A stretch of DNA of 64,000 bases from an uncultured Ruminococcus sp. (GTDB lineage: Bacteria; Bacillota; Clostridia; Oscillospirales; Acutalibacteraceae), in contig CACXIV010000002.1 in NCBI GenBank assembly GCA_902767845.1, forward strand, positions 23,177-87,176, in the 5' to 3' direction. The notes beneath the pieces were generated by a model. That model was not told the DNA's origin. It saw only the letters and a list, made by a program, of their open reading frames with translations, and searched no databases. Shown one piece after another: positions 43,213-53,360 of this stretch. The first letter of the stretch is position 1. Each line of letters starts with the position of its first letter. A program made the position numbers and the translations under genes.

Positions 43213-43280
43213 CCCCCGACGGCAATTCCGGAATCGGTTGTCCGACAAAAAACGATATCTTGATCTTTACGATTAAAATC

Positions 43281-43320
43281 AAAAAGCCTGTCCCGGTTTT
43301 TGCCGGAACAGGCTTTTTTT
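43281..43320. terminator. Bidirectional terminator after ATPase operon
   Basis: AAAAAGCCTGTCCCGG..CCGGAACAGGCTTTTTT. Confidence 0.8.
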
Positions 43321-43339
43321 CGTAAAATTATTTATCCTC

Positions 43340-43900
43340 TCACTGCTTTTCGGGAAGAACCTCAAAAGTCTTTGCCAGTTCGTCCATCTTGGCTTCATAG
43401 CTGTTGTCCGAGCCCAGGCACGCGAACAGCTTTGCTCCTACCGCCCATTCGCCTATCTTATCCTTAAATACGATAAAATACTCCTTTGAGTAGTTTCCGT
43501 TTGAGACGTAGGTCACGGTCTTGGCGTCGTAATTGTCGAGCTTAATCTCACCGTAGCTTACCTCTTTGAGGTTTTCTTTATCAGCTCTGCCCTCGAACTG
43601 CTCTTTTTCTCTGTCGATCTCGGTCTCGTCAAAAACAGCGCCGTAGATATATTTGTCCTCATCCGCCTTACAGAAAAGCTCAAGCAGATCCTCGTCATAT
43701 GTGTACTCGTTGGGGTCGTAGGTCAGATACGCCTCAAACTTGCTGACCTTTGCCTTTTCAAGATTTTTTATCGCCTCTGTAACGGACTCGGTGCTGTCGC
43801 TGCCGGAAGCCGAAGACTGCTCGTTATTTCCGCAGCCCGCGAGCGCGAATGTGCCGGCAGCCATAACCAACGCCAGCATGATCGAAATAAGCTTCTTCAT
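43340..43900 (-). CDS. Lipoprotein of unknown function
   Basis: MKKLISIMLALVMAAGTFALAGC lipobox; SD AAAGGAG. Confidence 0.75.
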   Translation of the reverse strand: MKKLISIMLALVMAAGTFALAGCGNNEQSSASGSDSTESVTEAIKNLEKAKVSKFEAYLTYDPNEYTYDEDLLELFCKADEDKYIYGAVFDETEIDREKEQFEGRADKENLKEVSYGEIKLDNYDAKTVTYVSNGNYSKEYFIVFKDKIGEWAVGAKLFACLGSDNSYEAKMDELAKTFEVLPEKQ

Positions 43901-44017
43901 AAACAAACTCCTTTGATGTTTTTTTGCTGTTACAGCATACATTTATTATAATTAGTATTCTGTGTTTTGTCAACAAAAAACATGGCTGCCGAATGATGAT
44001 CGGCAGCCCGGTGTGAT

Positions 44018-46462
44018 TTATTTATTGAAAACGAACTCGTTGTCCCTGTAATCGCATACGACCGCAGAGCCTTTTTCGATCTCGCCGTCGAGGATCTTTT
44101 CCGAGAGCTTATCCTCTATCTCGCTTTGGATAGCCCTTCTGAGCGGCCTCGCGCCGTAGGAATCGTCAAAGCCCTTGTCGGCAATCGCGGTAACAGCCTC
44201 GTCCGTAAAGCTGATCGTGATGTCGATCCCCTCGAGCCTTTTTGAGAGGGTGCCGAGCATTTTAGAGGCGATCTGCCTGATCTCGTCCTGAGTCAGCTTG
44301 CTGAACACGATTATGTCGTCGACGCGGTTGAGAAACTCGGGACGGAACACGTTTTTGAGCTCATTGAGCACAAGGCTCTTGATGTCCCTGTCCTCGGTCT
44401 TATCGTCGCCGCCCTTAAAGCCGAGAGCCTTTTGCTTGTCGGTGATAAGGCGCGCTCCGACGTTTGAGGTCATGATGATTACGGTGTTCTTGAAATCGAC
44501 CGTCCTGCCCTGAGAATCGGTCAGCCTGCCGTCCTCGAGTATCTGCAAAAGCATGTTGAAAACATCCGGATGAGCCTTTTCGATCTCGTCAAAGAGGACG
44601 ACCGAGTAGGGCTTTCTGCGCACCTTTTCGGTGAGCTGTCCGCCCTCGTCAAAGCCGACGTATCCGGGCGGCGAGCCGATCAGCTTGGACACGGTGTGCT
44701 TCTCCATGTACTCGCTCATATCGAGCCTGAGCATGGCGTTCTCGTCGCCGAACATTGCCTGAGCAAGCGCCTTGCAAAGCTCGGTCTTGCCGACTCCGGT
44801 CGGGCCGAGGAATATGAACGAACCGACGGGTCTTTTGGGATCCTTTAGTCCTACCCTGCCGCGGCGAATGGCCTTTGCGATAGAGCTTACAGCCTCATCC
44901 TGACCGACAACGCGCTCGTGGAGCACCTGCTCCATATTGAGAAGTCTCTCGCTTTCCTCCTTGGTGAGCTGAACGACCGGCACTCCCGTCCAGTCTGACA
45001 CGATCCTGGCAATGACCTGAGCGTCAACGCAGCCGCAGTTGTCCTTTTGGCTCTGCTGCCAGTTCTTTTTGGCGGTCTCGAGCTTTTCCTTTAGCTCGTT
45101 CTGCTCGTCCCTGAGCTTTGCCGCGCGCTCAAAATCCTGTTCGTCGATCGCGCTCGCCTTCTCTTTCTCGTAATCCTCGATCTGAGTCTCGAGCTCCTTG
45201 ACGTTATCGGGCGAGGTCAGGGCTTTGAGCCTGACCTTCGACGCGCCCTCGTCGATAAGGTCGATCGCCTTGTCGGGGAGGTATCTGTCCGCGATGTATC
45301 TTGACGAAAGCTTTACCGCCGCCTCGATCGCCTCGTCGGTGATCTTTACCTTGTGATGAGCCTCGTAGCGATCGCGCAGACCCCTTAGGATCTCTATCGC
45401 CTGATCAACGGTAGGCTCGCCAACCTTAACGGGCTGGAAGCGCCTTTCGAGCGCCGCGTCCTTTTCAATGTACTTGCGGTATTCGTTCAATGTCGTGGCG
45501 CCGATGACCTGAAAATCTCCGCGCGCAAGCGACGGCTTGAGGATATTCGCAGCGTCGGCGCTTCCCTCGGCGGCTCCCGCGCCGATGATCGTGTGGAGCT
45601 CGTCGATAAAGAGGATAACGTCTTTGCTGTTTTTGACCTCGTCTATGGCTGCCTTGATACGCTCCTCAAAGTCTCCTCTGTACTTCGCTCCGGCGACCAT
45701 TCCTGTCAGATCGAGCGCTACTACGCGCTTATCGCGCAGGATATCGGGCACGGTGCCGTTGGCGATCTCAAGCGCGAGTCCCTCGGCGACGGCTGTTTTG
45801 CCTACGCCCGGCTCGCCGATGAGCACCGGATTGTTTTTTGTGCGGCGCGAAAGTATCTGGATGACCCTTTCGATCTCCTTTTCCCTGCCGATAACGGGGT
45901 CGATCTCGCCGTTCTTTGCCGCCTTGGTCAGATCTCTTCCGAATTTATCGAGAGCCGAGCCCTCCTTGTTATCCTGCGAGCCTGAGAATCCGCCTGACAT
46001 ACCCTCCGGGATATTATCTCCGCCCTGAGCCATGCTGTTCTGTATCAACTCCGCAAGGTGGTTCGGGCTTACCCCGAGCTCCCTCAGGAAGCTGACGGCG
46101 TAGCTGTCGCGATCCGAGATGAGCGCGAGCAAAAGATGCTCCGTGCCGACATAGCTCTGACCGATCTTAGCGGAGATATACGCCGCCGTCTGTAAAACTC
46201 TTTTTGTTCTGGGAGTAAAAGCGTCGGCGGAAAGCCTTGTCGGGACTCCCGTCGAGTTTGTCGCGGCAATCTTGCTCTGGATAGTCTGAGCGCTGACTCC
46301 GCACTGCTCAAGAGCCGCCGCGGCTACTCCGCTGCCCTCGGACGCGAGTCCGTAAAGCACATGCTCTGTGCCCACGTACCTATGCCCCATATCCTGAGCC
46401 GCCTCAACGGCAAGGTTGAGCGCCCTGTTCGCTTTTTGTGTAAAGCCCTTGAATTCAAACAT
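44018..46462 (-). CDS. clpC: ATP-dependent Clp protease ATPase ClpC
   Basis: Clp-N repeats, GEPGVGKT, UVR domain, GPTGVGKT. Confidence 0.97.
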   Translation of the reverse strand: MFEFKGFTQKANRALNLAVEAAQDMGHRYVGTEHVLYGLASEGSGVAAAALEQCGVSAQTIQSKIAATNSTGVPTRLSADAFTPRTKRVLQTAAYISAKIGQSYVGTEHLLLALISDRDSYAVSFLRELGVSPNHLAELIQNSMAQGGDNIPEGMSGGFSGSQDNKEGSALDKFGRDLTKAAKNGEIDPVIGREKEIERVIQILSRRTKNNPVLIGEPGVGKTAVAEGLALEIANGTVPDILRDKRVVALDLTGMVAGAKYRGDFEERIKAAIDEVKNSKDVILFIDELHTIIGAGAAEGSADAANILKPSLARGDFQVIGATTLNEYRKYIEKDAALERRFQPVKVGEPTVDQAIEILRGLRDRYEAHHKVKITDEAIEAAVKLSSRYIADRYLPDKAIDLIDEGASKVRLKALTSPDNVKELETQIEDYEKEKASAIDEQDFERAAKLRDEQNELKEKLETAKKNWQQSQKDNCGCVDAQVIARIVSDWTGVPVVQLTKEESERLLNMEQVLHERVVGQDEAVSSIAKAIRRGRVGLKDPKRPVGSFIFLGPTGVGKTELCKALAQAMFGDENAMLRLDMSEYMEKHTVSKLIGSPPGYVGFDEGGQLTEKVRRKPYSVVLFDEIEKAHPDVFNMLLQILEDGRLTDSQGRTVDFKNTVIIMTSNVGARLITDKQKALGFKGGDDKTEDRDIKSLVLNELKNVFRPEFLNRVDDIIVFSKLTQDEIRQIASKMLGTLSKRLEGIDITISFTDEAVTAIADKGFDDSYGARPLRRAIQSEIEDKLSEKILDGEIEKGSAVVCDYRDNEFVFNK

Positions 46463-46550
46463 AACTGTCAACTCCTTCTATAATCCAAAACTTCCTGCCG
46501 GCTCGCCGCCGGTTTAATGGCGGCGTAAGCCGTTTAATATAAAGTGTTAA

Positions 46551-47537
46551 TCACAATTTTGATTTTATAAGCTTCGCCCTCTCGATATCCCTGTCGTGAG
46601 CGGAAAGGCTTTTTCCGGCAGATACCGAGAGCGTCGCGGGCTCGATCTCTGTCATGAGCTCGTCGATCGCGTCTGTTGAGACGTCGGTGATCTGCCCCGA
46701 AAGCACGCCCATTCTGACGTTGGACAAAAGCTTGAGCGCCTCGTCGTGGGAGATCACAAGCGCGCTCCTGAGTATTCCGAGACTCCTTGAGACGGCGTCG
46801 CGGACGTCGATACCGGCGCAGAGCCGTTCTCTCGCCTGCTCCTCCTGAGAAGCAAGCTGCAAAGCGATGTTTTTAAGGTTCTCTATCGCCGCCTTCTCCG
46901 AGATACCGAGCGTGACCTGATTAGAGAGCTGGTAAAGCGCGCCCTTGGGCTCGGTGCCCTCGCCGTGGGCTCCGCGGATAGTCAGACCTAACTTTGAAAG
47001 GCTGCCGGCTATGCGGCTGATCGCCCTGCTCTTTTCGAGCGCGGGCAGGTGGAGCATTACCGAAGCCCTCATGCCGGTGCCGAGGTTGGTCGGGCACTGG
47101 GTAAGATATCCAAGCTTTTCGTCAAAGGCGAACTCGAGGTTCTCGTCGAGCAGGGTGTCGAGCCTGTCGGCGGTCTCGTAGACTTCCTCGAGCGCCAAGC
47201 CCTTTTTGATGACCTGCAGGCGGATGTGATCCTCCTCGTTGATCATTATGCTCAGGCTCCTGTCGCTGCTGAGCAAAAGCGCCCTGCCTGACGTATCGCT
47301 GATGAACTCGGGGCTGACGAGCCGCTTTTCGACGAGCGAAACGCTCTCGGTCGGCGTCAGCTTTTCAAGCTCGATGTACTCAAAATCATTTTGCAGAACG
47401 CTGTTGCTCTGCGTGATGGCGGCGCGAACCTTATCGTTCACCTTATGCCTGCCCTGTTCGCTCAGTCTGCACGGGAAGGGATAATCCTTCAGGTTTCTGG
47501 CGAGCCTTACTCTTGTTGAGATGATTATTCCGCTCAT
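46551..47537 (-). CDS. mcsB: Protein arginine kinase McsB
   Basis: STRVRLARN, INEEDH, LTQCPTNLGTG; operon context. Confidence 0.95.
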   Translation of the reverse strand: MSGIIISTRVRLARNLKDYPFPCRLSEQGRHKVNDKVRAAITQSNSVLQNDFEYIELEKLTPTESVSLVEKRLVSPEFISDTSGRALLLSSDRSLSIMINEEDHIRLQVIKKGLALEEVYETADRLDTLLDENLEFAFDEKLGYLTQCPTNLGTGMRASVMLHLPALEKSRAISRIAGSLSKLGLTIRGAHGEGTEPKGALYQLSNQVTLGISEKAAIENLKNIALQLASQEEQARERLCAGIDVRDAVSRSLGILRSALVISHDEALKLLSNVRMGVLSGQITDVSTDAIDELMTEIEPATLSVSAGKSLSAHDRDIERAKLIKSKL

Positions 47538-47539
47538 GA

Positions 47540-48040
47540 TCACGCCTCCATTCCGTTTATCTGATCTCTGAGCTCTGCGGCGCGCTCAAAATCCTGACGC
47601 TCTACCGCCTTGCCGAGCTCGGCTTTAAGCTGACTTATCTTATCCTCTTTGGTCGGCTCGGGCTTTGTGCCGCCTGCCTTTGCCGAGGCGCTGTTTTTGC
47701 CGCAGTGAGTGGTGTTGCCGTGGATCCTGCGGATAGACGGATAAAGCCTGTCGGCGAATAGCTCGTAGCATTTTGCGCAGCCGACCTGACCGGTCTTTGC
47801 GATCTCCGAATAGGTGCTGCCGCAAAACTCGCAGCGGGTAGCCTGAGTGCGCGCCGGCAGCACGTTCCCGAAGAAGCTTCCCAAAAAGCCCGAGAACTCG
47901 TTGTCAAAATCCGCGAATACGTTGGTGTAGCCCATCTTACGGGCACATTCGGCGCAGAGATCATACTCCCTGAACTCGCCGTTAACTATTGTTTTTACAT
48001 GCGTGTTGGCGTTTTCGGCGCCGCATTTTTGACATTTCAT
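47540..48040 (-). CDS. mcsA: McsB activator McsA
   Basis: Four CxxC pairs plus C-terminal UVR (FERAAELRD). Confidence 0.92.
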   Translation of the reverse strand: MKCQKCGAENANTHVKTIVNGEFREYDLCAECARKMGYTNVFADFDNEFSGFLGSFFGNVLPARTQATRCEFCGSTYSEIAKTGQVGCAKCYELFADRLYPSIRRIHGNTTHCGKNSASAKAGGTKPEPTKEDKISQLKAELGKAVERQDFERAAELRDQINGMEA

Positions 48041-48066
48041 AATCCATACCTCCAATATACTATATG

Positions 48067-48525
48067 TTACGTATTGATCGCTAAAAGCATGTTCTTAAAA
48101 AGATCGGCTCTGACGGCGTCGCGCTTTTCCTGAACGACCGACCTCAGCGAGCTGTCAGACAGCGCCGAAGCGATCACCTTGGCGATCCCGAGCTCGATCA
48201 TGCGGGTCGAAAGCATGTTGTTGAGCATCGCCTCCGCCGTCGCCTTGTCAAGATTATTGCCGACCGAGTTGATTATATGCATCACGGTCGCGCCCCTGTC
48301 CATCTTGACCCGGCTGATCCTGATGTAGCCTCCGCCTCCGCGGCGGCTCTCTACAATATAGCCCTGCTCGGGCGTAAAACGGGATGTTATTACGTAATTT
48401 ATCTGGCTGGGCACGCATCCCAGGTCGCCTGCCAGTTCGTTGCGCTTTATCTCGGCGCTGCCGTTTTGCTCGTCAAGCATATCAAGGATATACTGAGCAA
48501 CAAGATCGCTCATCCTCATTTTCAT
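48067..48525 (-). CDS. ctsR: Class III stress gene repressor CtsR
   Basis: CVPSQINYVI, ESRRGGGGYIRI. Confidence 0.95.
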   Translation of the reverse strand: MKMRMSDLVAQYILDMLDEQNGSAEIKRNELAGDLGCVPSQINYVITSRFTPEQGYIVESRRGGGGYIRISRVKMDRGATVMHIINSVGNNLDKATAEAMLNNMLSTRMIELGIAKVIASALSDSSLRSVVQEKRDAVRADLFKNMLLAINT

Positions 48526-48585
48526 AACCTCTTTTCTTTGGAATCAAAGCACCGTTTTGTACTTCTTTTCCCGAGCTTTGATTAC

Positions 48586-48720
48586 ATTATAATTCAAAGG
48601 TCAGGGAAAGTCAAAGTCAATTAAAGTCAGATTTTTCGGAGTTATCGCTGTTATTCTCGCGAATACTCGTTTTATCTCCCGAATACTAATTTTTGAAGAT
48701 TTTTTGACTTTTTTTGACCT
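48586..48720 (-). promoter_or_regulatory. ctsR promoter with CtsR heptad boxes
   Basis: TTGACT-17-TATAAT (48614-48586) overlapped by GGTCA/AGTCAA repeats (48598-48631); second box AGGTCAAA-AA-AAGTCAAA at 48720-48703. Confidence 0.8.
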
Positions 48721-48826
48721 TTCGTTTTTTAGGCAAACAGAAAAGGAGCCGACTCACAGAGTCGACTCCTACAGTAGCTAATTAAAAAATTAATAAAAAT
48801 AAAGTTAATTATTATATAAAAATTAA

Positions 48827-49108
48827 TTACTCAGCAGCTGCTTTTCTTTTTGCAAAACATTCGCTGCAGTAATAGCTTTTGCCTTCCATCGGCTTGAACG
48901 GGATCCTCGCGGGGCCGCCGCACTCGGCGCAGGTGGTATCAAAAAACTCACGTCCTGCTTTAGCGGCGTTTTTGCGTGCCTGTCTGCATTCCTTGCAGCG
49001 CTGCGGCTCGTTTTCAAAACCTTTCTCCGCATAGAACTCCTGCTCACCGGCGGTAAAAACAAATTCGTTTCCGCATTCTTTGCAAACCAGTGTTTTGTCC
49101 TCAAACAT
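48827..49108 (-). CDS. Small two-domain zinc-ribbon protein (CxxC-x17-CxxC type)
   Basis: DKTLVCKECG..FTAGEQEFY..PQRCKEC; CAECG..PFKP..YCSEC. Confidence 0.9.
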   Translation of the reverse strand: MFEDKTLVCKECGNEFVFTAGEQEFYAEKGFENEPQRCKECRQARKNAAKAGREFFDTTCAECGGPARIPFKPMEGKSYYCSECFAKRKAAAE

Positions 49109-49164
49109 TGCGCATTACCTCTTTTCGGTTAAAATCTGCCTTTTTGCGGTTGCCCGCTTAATGC

Positions 49165-49746
49165 CTAACGCAGCTTTTCAATCTTTTTTCTCGCTCTTTG
49201 CAGTGCGTTGTCAACCGATTTCTCGGAAACGCCCAACCTGCGCGCGATAGAAGTATAGCTTAAGCCGTCCGTGTATAACACGAAAACCTCAAGCTCGCGT
49301 GCGCTCAGAATCCCCCTAAGCTTTTGCATCGCGAGATCGATCTGCTCCTTGAGCATTATCTGTTCCTCAGGCGAACGGGACAGATCAACTACTTCGCTGT
49401 CAAGCGTGTCAAGCTCAACTATTGCCGACATAGGAACGCATTTTTGCGTGTTTTGCCTGCGGATAATGGAGATAAACCTGCGCTCTGCCACAAGCGAAAC
49501 GAAGCTTTTGAAACTCATGCCCCCTTCGGGGTCAAAGGTTTTTACCGCGTACAGAAGACCCATAAGACCCTCCTGCACAAAATCGTTTTGCTCATAGCCC
49601 TGTGCCGAATACTTGCGAGCGATGGAAGTGATTTTGCCGAGATAACGCATTACCAGTTCATTGAACGCACTTTCGTCACCGTCTTTTGACAGCTTTGCGA
49701 GAGCATCGTCGGAAAAAGTGCCGAAAGAGTATTTTGCTGAATCCAC
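49165..49746 (-). CDS. sigH: SigH-family alternative sigma factor
   Basis: NDFVQEGLMGLLYAVKTFD, SFKSF, KSVDNALQRARKKI. Confidence 0.75.
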   Translation of the reverse strand: MDSAKYSFGTFSDDALAKLSKDGDESAFNELVMRYLGKITSIARKYSAQGYEQNDFVQEGLMGLLYAVKTFDPEGGMSFKSFVSLVAERRFISIIRRQNTQKCVPMSAIVELDTLDSEVVDLSRSPEEQIMLKEQIDLAMQKLRGILSARELEVFVLYTDGLSYTSIARRLGVSEKSVDNALQRARKKIEKLR

Positions 49747-49969
49747 TTTTTCACCTCATAACACCTATGCTCTACAACAATATAATACAACAACTCGGTA
49801 GATATGTCAATCCTGATTTATTGTTTTTGTATACATGCTACAATATTTTTTATTTTTTTATGCAATATTGCTATAGTTTTTGGCATTTTTTGTAATTTTA
49901 GTATTGTAAAATTTTGCAATGCATGTTATTATATATACAGAACATATTTTTTATACTCAGGAGGACGCT

Positions 49970-51496
49970 ATGGTTTATGATTGCTTAAGCTTCGGGATCG
50001 ACGGTATCGACGGCTTCAAAGTCGGCATCGAATCGTCATCTCAGCTCGGACTACCGCAGATTGATATCGTCGGACTGCCCGACGCCGCGGTAAAGGAAAG
50101 CCGCAACAGAGTTAAAAGCGCGCTGAAAAACAGCGGGATATTCCTGCCGTCTAGCCACATCACGGTCAACCTCGCCCCTGCCGACATCAAAAAGGAGGGC
50201 TCGCATTACGACCTGCCGATTGCGGTGACGCTGATGCAGCTTACGGGCGCGCTCAAAAAGCCGGTCTCCGACAGCGCGTTTATCGGCGAGCTGTCGCTCG
50301 GAGGAGAAATCCGCGGAGTAAGGGGCGTTTTGCCAATGGTCATCAAGGCGAGGGAGCTCGGAGTAAAGCGGATTTTCGTTCCGCAGGCAAACTCCGGCGA
50401 GGCAGCCGTTGTAGACGGGATCGAGGTCTTCTGCGCGAAAGACCTGATCAATCTCAAACAGATCTTAAACGGAGAGGTCGAGCCGGAAATACAGACTCCC
50501 AAGTCGGAAAGCGGCAAAACCGCCTTTGACCCGTCTCTCGATTTCTCTCAGGTAAAGGGTCAGCTTGAGGCAAAACGCGCGCTCGAGATCGCCGCAGCCG
50601 GCGGTCATAACGTGCTTATGATCGGACCTCCCGGCTCGGGCAAAAGCATGCTCGCCAAGCGCGTGCCGTCGATATTGCCCGACATGACGTTCGAGGAGAT
50701 GATCGAGGTAACAAAGGTGCACTCGATCGCCGGCAGGCTAAAGACCGACGGACTTGTGAGTGAGCGGCCGTTCTGCTCTCCCCACCACACCGTTACCGCC
50801 GTTGGACTCGGCGGAGGCGGCTCGGGCGTAATAAGACCTGGCGAGGTATCGCTTGCGCACCACGGCGTCCTCTTTTTGGACGAGCTTCCCGAGTTTTCGC
50901 GCTCGGCGCTTGAGGTGCTCAGACAGCCGATCGAGGACGGCAGGATCACGATCTCGCGCTCGGGACAGACAAGGGTGTTCCCCTGCTCGATCATGGTGAT
51001 AGCCGCTATGAACCCCTGCCCCTGCGGATATTACGGCGACAAAAGCGGCAGGTGCACCTGCTCCGAAGCAAAGATAAAGCGCTACCTTAACCGCCTTTCG
51101 GGTCCCCTGCTCGATCGTTTCGACATAATAATCGAGGTACCGCCGGTGGAATTTGACGAGCTCAGGGATCATACCGAATCCGAAAGCTCCGCACGGATCA
51201 AAGAGCGGGTCGACAAGGCGAGGGCGATCCAGCGCGCCAGATTCGCCGGAAGCCCGACGACCGGCAACGCGAACATCACCGAGGAGGAGTTCGGAAAATA
51301 CTGCGTTATTGACAAAGAAGCCGAGCAGACGCTTAAAAACGCCTTCGAGACGCTTGGCTTCACCGCGAGAGCCTATAACCGCGTGCTAAAAGCGGCGCGG
51401 ACGATAGCCGACCTCGACGGCTCGGAAATGATACGCTCCGAGCATGTTTTGGAGGCGATCCAGTACCGAAGCCTCGACAGAAAGTATTGGAAATAA
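49970..51496 (+). CDS. comM: YifB/ComM Mg-chelatase-like AAA+ ATPase
   Basis: [45 protein letters not shown]; SD AGGAGG. Confidence 0.92.
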   Translation: MVYDCLSFGIDGIDGFKVGIESSSQLGLPQIDIVGLPDAAVKESRNRVKSALKNSGIFLPSSHITVNLAPADIKKEGSHYDLPIAVTLMQLTGALKKPVSDSAFIGELSLGGEIRGVRGVLPMVIKARELGVKRIFVPQANSGEAAVVDGIEVFCAKDLINLKQILNGEVEPEIQTPKSESGKTAFDPSLDFSQVKGQLEAKRALEIAAAGGHNVLMIGPPGSGKSMLAKRVPSILPDMTFEEMIEVTKVHSIAGRLKTDGLVSERPFCSPHHTVTAVGLGGGGSGVIRPGEVSLAHHGVLFLDELPEFSRSALEVLRQPIEDGRITISRSGQTRVFPCSIMVIAAMNPCPCGYYGDKSGRCTCSEAKIKRYLNRLSGPLLDRFDIIIEVPPVEFDELRDHTESESSARIKERVDKARAIQRARFAGSPTTGNANITEEEFGKYCVIDKEAEQTLKNAFETLGFTARAYNRVLKAARTIADLDGSEMIRSEHVLEAIQYRSLDRKYWK

Positions 51497-51564
51497 AACG
51501 CGCGGAGACCGTTTTTCATCTTAAAAAAACGGTTTACAAACACAAAATATAATGGTATAATAAG

Positions 51565-51753
51565 CTGTAAAGCACTAAATATAGGCAATACGGCATATTT
51601 TCGGTGTGCGTTCGCGCAGTCGGGTCATTCGTCGGACAAGCGTTGATCGCTCGGGCACCGGCGTATTGGCGCTGAGCTTAGTTCAGTCCGATAGGCCGAC
51701 GCGCAAGAAAACGCCCGCCGTAAATCATGCGGCGTTGCCTATGGTTTTTACAG
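51565..51753 (+). ncRNA. Candidate ~185-nt rod-shaped structured RNA (6S-like or cis-regulatory leader)
   Basis: Behind TTTACA-17-TATAAT promoter; nested complementarity from CTGTAAA/TTTACAG and ATAGGCAA/TTGCCTAT inward to TCGGAC/GTCCGA and GCTCGG/CTGAGC. Confidence 0.5.
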
Positions 51754-51764
51754 GAGGTATTGTT

Positions 51765-51959
51765 ATGGAAATCACAAAAAATTCGATCATCGGCGACGTG
51801 CTTGACAAGTACCCCGAGACCGCGCAGATCTTCTTCGGCATCGGCATGCACTGCCTCGGATGCCCCGCCTCAAGAGGCGAGACGATCGAGGAGGCCTGCA
51901 TGGTTCACGGCGCCGACGCCGACGCGCTTGTTGAGGCTATCAACGCCGCGCTTAAATGA
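51765..51959 (+). CDS. DUF1858 (hybrid-cluster-associated redox disulfide domain) protein
   Basis: MEITKNSIIGDV..GMHCLGCPASRGETIEEACMVHG; SD AGGAGG. Confidence 0.9.
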   Translation: MEITKNSIIGDVLDKYPETAQIFFGIGMHCLGCPASRGETIEEACMVHGADADALVEAINAALK

Positions 51960-52615
51960 TCGCGCTCGACAGCAGGCTGAGCCTTTGCGCGTCCTACGCG
52001 CGCAAGGGCAAACGGCTTGCTGACATCGGCACGGATCACGCCTATCTTCCGGCTCGGCTGTGCCTCGACGGGATCTGCGCCGGCGCAATTGCGGCGGACA
52101 TCAACCCCGAGCCCCTGAGCCGCGGACAAAAAACGATCGCGGACTGCGGACTTGAGAATATGATCCAAATCCGTCTGAGCGACGGTCTTAAAGAGATACG
52201 CCCCGACGAGGCTGACGACATCGTGATCGCCGGGATGGGCGGCGAGCTGATCGCCGAGATAATCGGCGGATGGGAGTATTCGCGCGACAAGAGCAAGCGC
52301 TTTATACTCCAGCCCATGACCAAAAGCGAGCTGTTGATCGAATGGCTCTGCGCCAACGGTTATGAAATACTAAGTCAGGACTGCTGTGTGGCGGCAAACA
52401 AGTGCTACACGGTGCTCCTTGTTCAATATACGGGCGAGCAAAGGGAATACGGCGAGCTGTTCCCCTACCTCGGCAAGCTTGACCCGAAAAAAAACGACAC
52501 GCATCTTCGCTTTACCGAAAGCCACATCAACAGGCTTTTGAAAAAGGCTAACGGGGACGCGCGCTTTGCTGTGCTCGCAAATAAGCTCAGGGAGGCTGTT
52601 TATGGCGACCGTTAA
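51956..52615 (+). CDS. trmK: tRNA (adenine22-N1)-methyltransferase TrmK
   Basis: ADIGTDHAYLP, LSDGL, IAGMGG, ILQPM. Confidence 0.92.
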   Translation: MIALDSRLSLCASYARKGKRLADIGTDHAYLPARLCLDGICAGAIAADINPEPLSRGQKTIADCGLENMIQIRLSDGLKEIRPDEADDIVIAGMGGELIAEIIGGWEYSRDKSKRFILQPMTKSELLIEWLCANGYEILSQDCCVAANKCYTVLLVQYTGEQREYGELFPYLGKLDPKKNDTHLRFTESHINRLLKKANGDARFAVLANKLREAVYGDR

Positions 52616-53360
52616 TGATATACTTGAATTTTTTGAGGAGTTCGCTCCGGCGGATTCCGCCATGGATTTTGACAACGTCGGGCTGCTTGTCGGCTGCAAG
52701 GACGCCGAGGTGAGCCGCGCGCTCGTTTCGCTCGACATCACCCCCGAGGTCGTTTACGAGGCCGAAACGCTCGGCTGCGAGCTGATAATCAGCCATCACC
52801 CCGTTATCTTTCAGCCGCTGAAACGGCTCGAAAGGGGCTCGGCTCCGTATCTTCTGGCGCAAAAGGACATCGCCGCGATCTGTATGCACACCAACCTCGA
52901 CCTGTCGGAGAGCTTTGGGGTCAACCTCTGCCTCGCCGAAGCGATCGGCTTGAAAAACACCGTAAGGTCTGACAAGGGCGAGTGCATTTTCGTGGGCGAG
53001 CTTGAAAGGGAGATCAGCTCCGACGAGCTTGCCGAGCAGGTCAAGTTCGCGCTCGACTGCAAGGGGCTGCGCTATACCGCCGCCTGCGACCGTGTCAAAA
53101 GGGTCGCCGTCGCCTCGGGCTCGGGAGGCTCGGAGGTGTTCGCCGCCGCCGCGGAGGGCTGCGGCGCTCTCGTCACGGGCGAGATCAAGCACCATGAGCT
53201 CAACGCCGCCAACGAGCTGGGGATCAGCGTGATCGAGGCGGGTCATTTCAAAAGTGAAAACATTGTAATTTTGCCGCTCGCAAAGAAGCTCGGCAAGCGT
53301 TTTGATGATATTATTTTTACAAAATCGAAAAAATACGACGATAAGGTTAAATTTTGTTAA
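52602..53360 (+). CDS. Nif3-like dinuclear metal centre protein
   Basis: DNVGLLVG, ISHHP, HTNLD, GEIKHH, AGHF. Confidence 0.93.
   Translation: MATVNDILEFFEEFAPADSAMDFDNVGLLVGCKDAEVSRALVSLDITPEVVYEAETLGCELIISHHPVIFQPLKRLERGSAPYLLAQKDIAAICMHTNLDLSESFGVNLCLAEAIGLKNTVRSDKGECIFVGELEREISSDELAEQVKFALDCKGLRYTAACDRVKRVAVASGSGGSEVFAAAAEGCGALVTGEIKHHELNAANELGISVIEAGHFKSENIVILPLAKKLGKRFDDIIFTKSKKYDDKVKFC

Noticed and set aside
48823-49104. Second 93-aa ORF overlapping the zinc-ribbon gene
   Set aside because: Alternative frame without motifs; the CxxC frame is clearly the real one
51606-51764. N-terminal extension of the DUF1858 ORF in the track
   Set aside because: Strong SD and family N-terminus place the start at 51765; the upstream part is better explained as structured RNA
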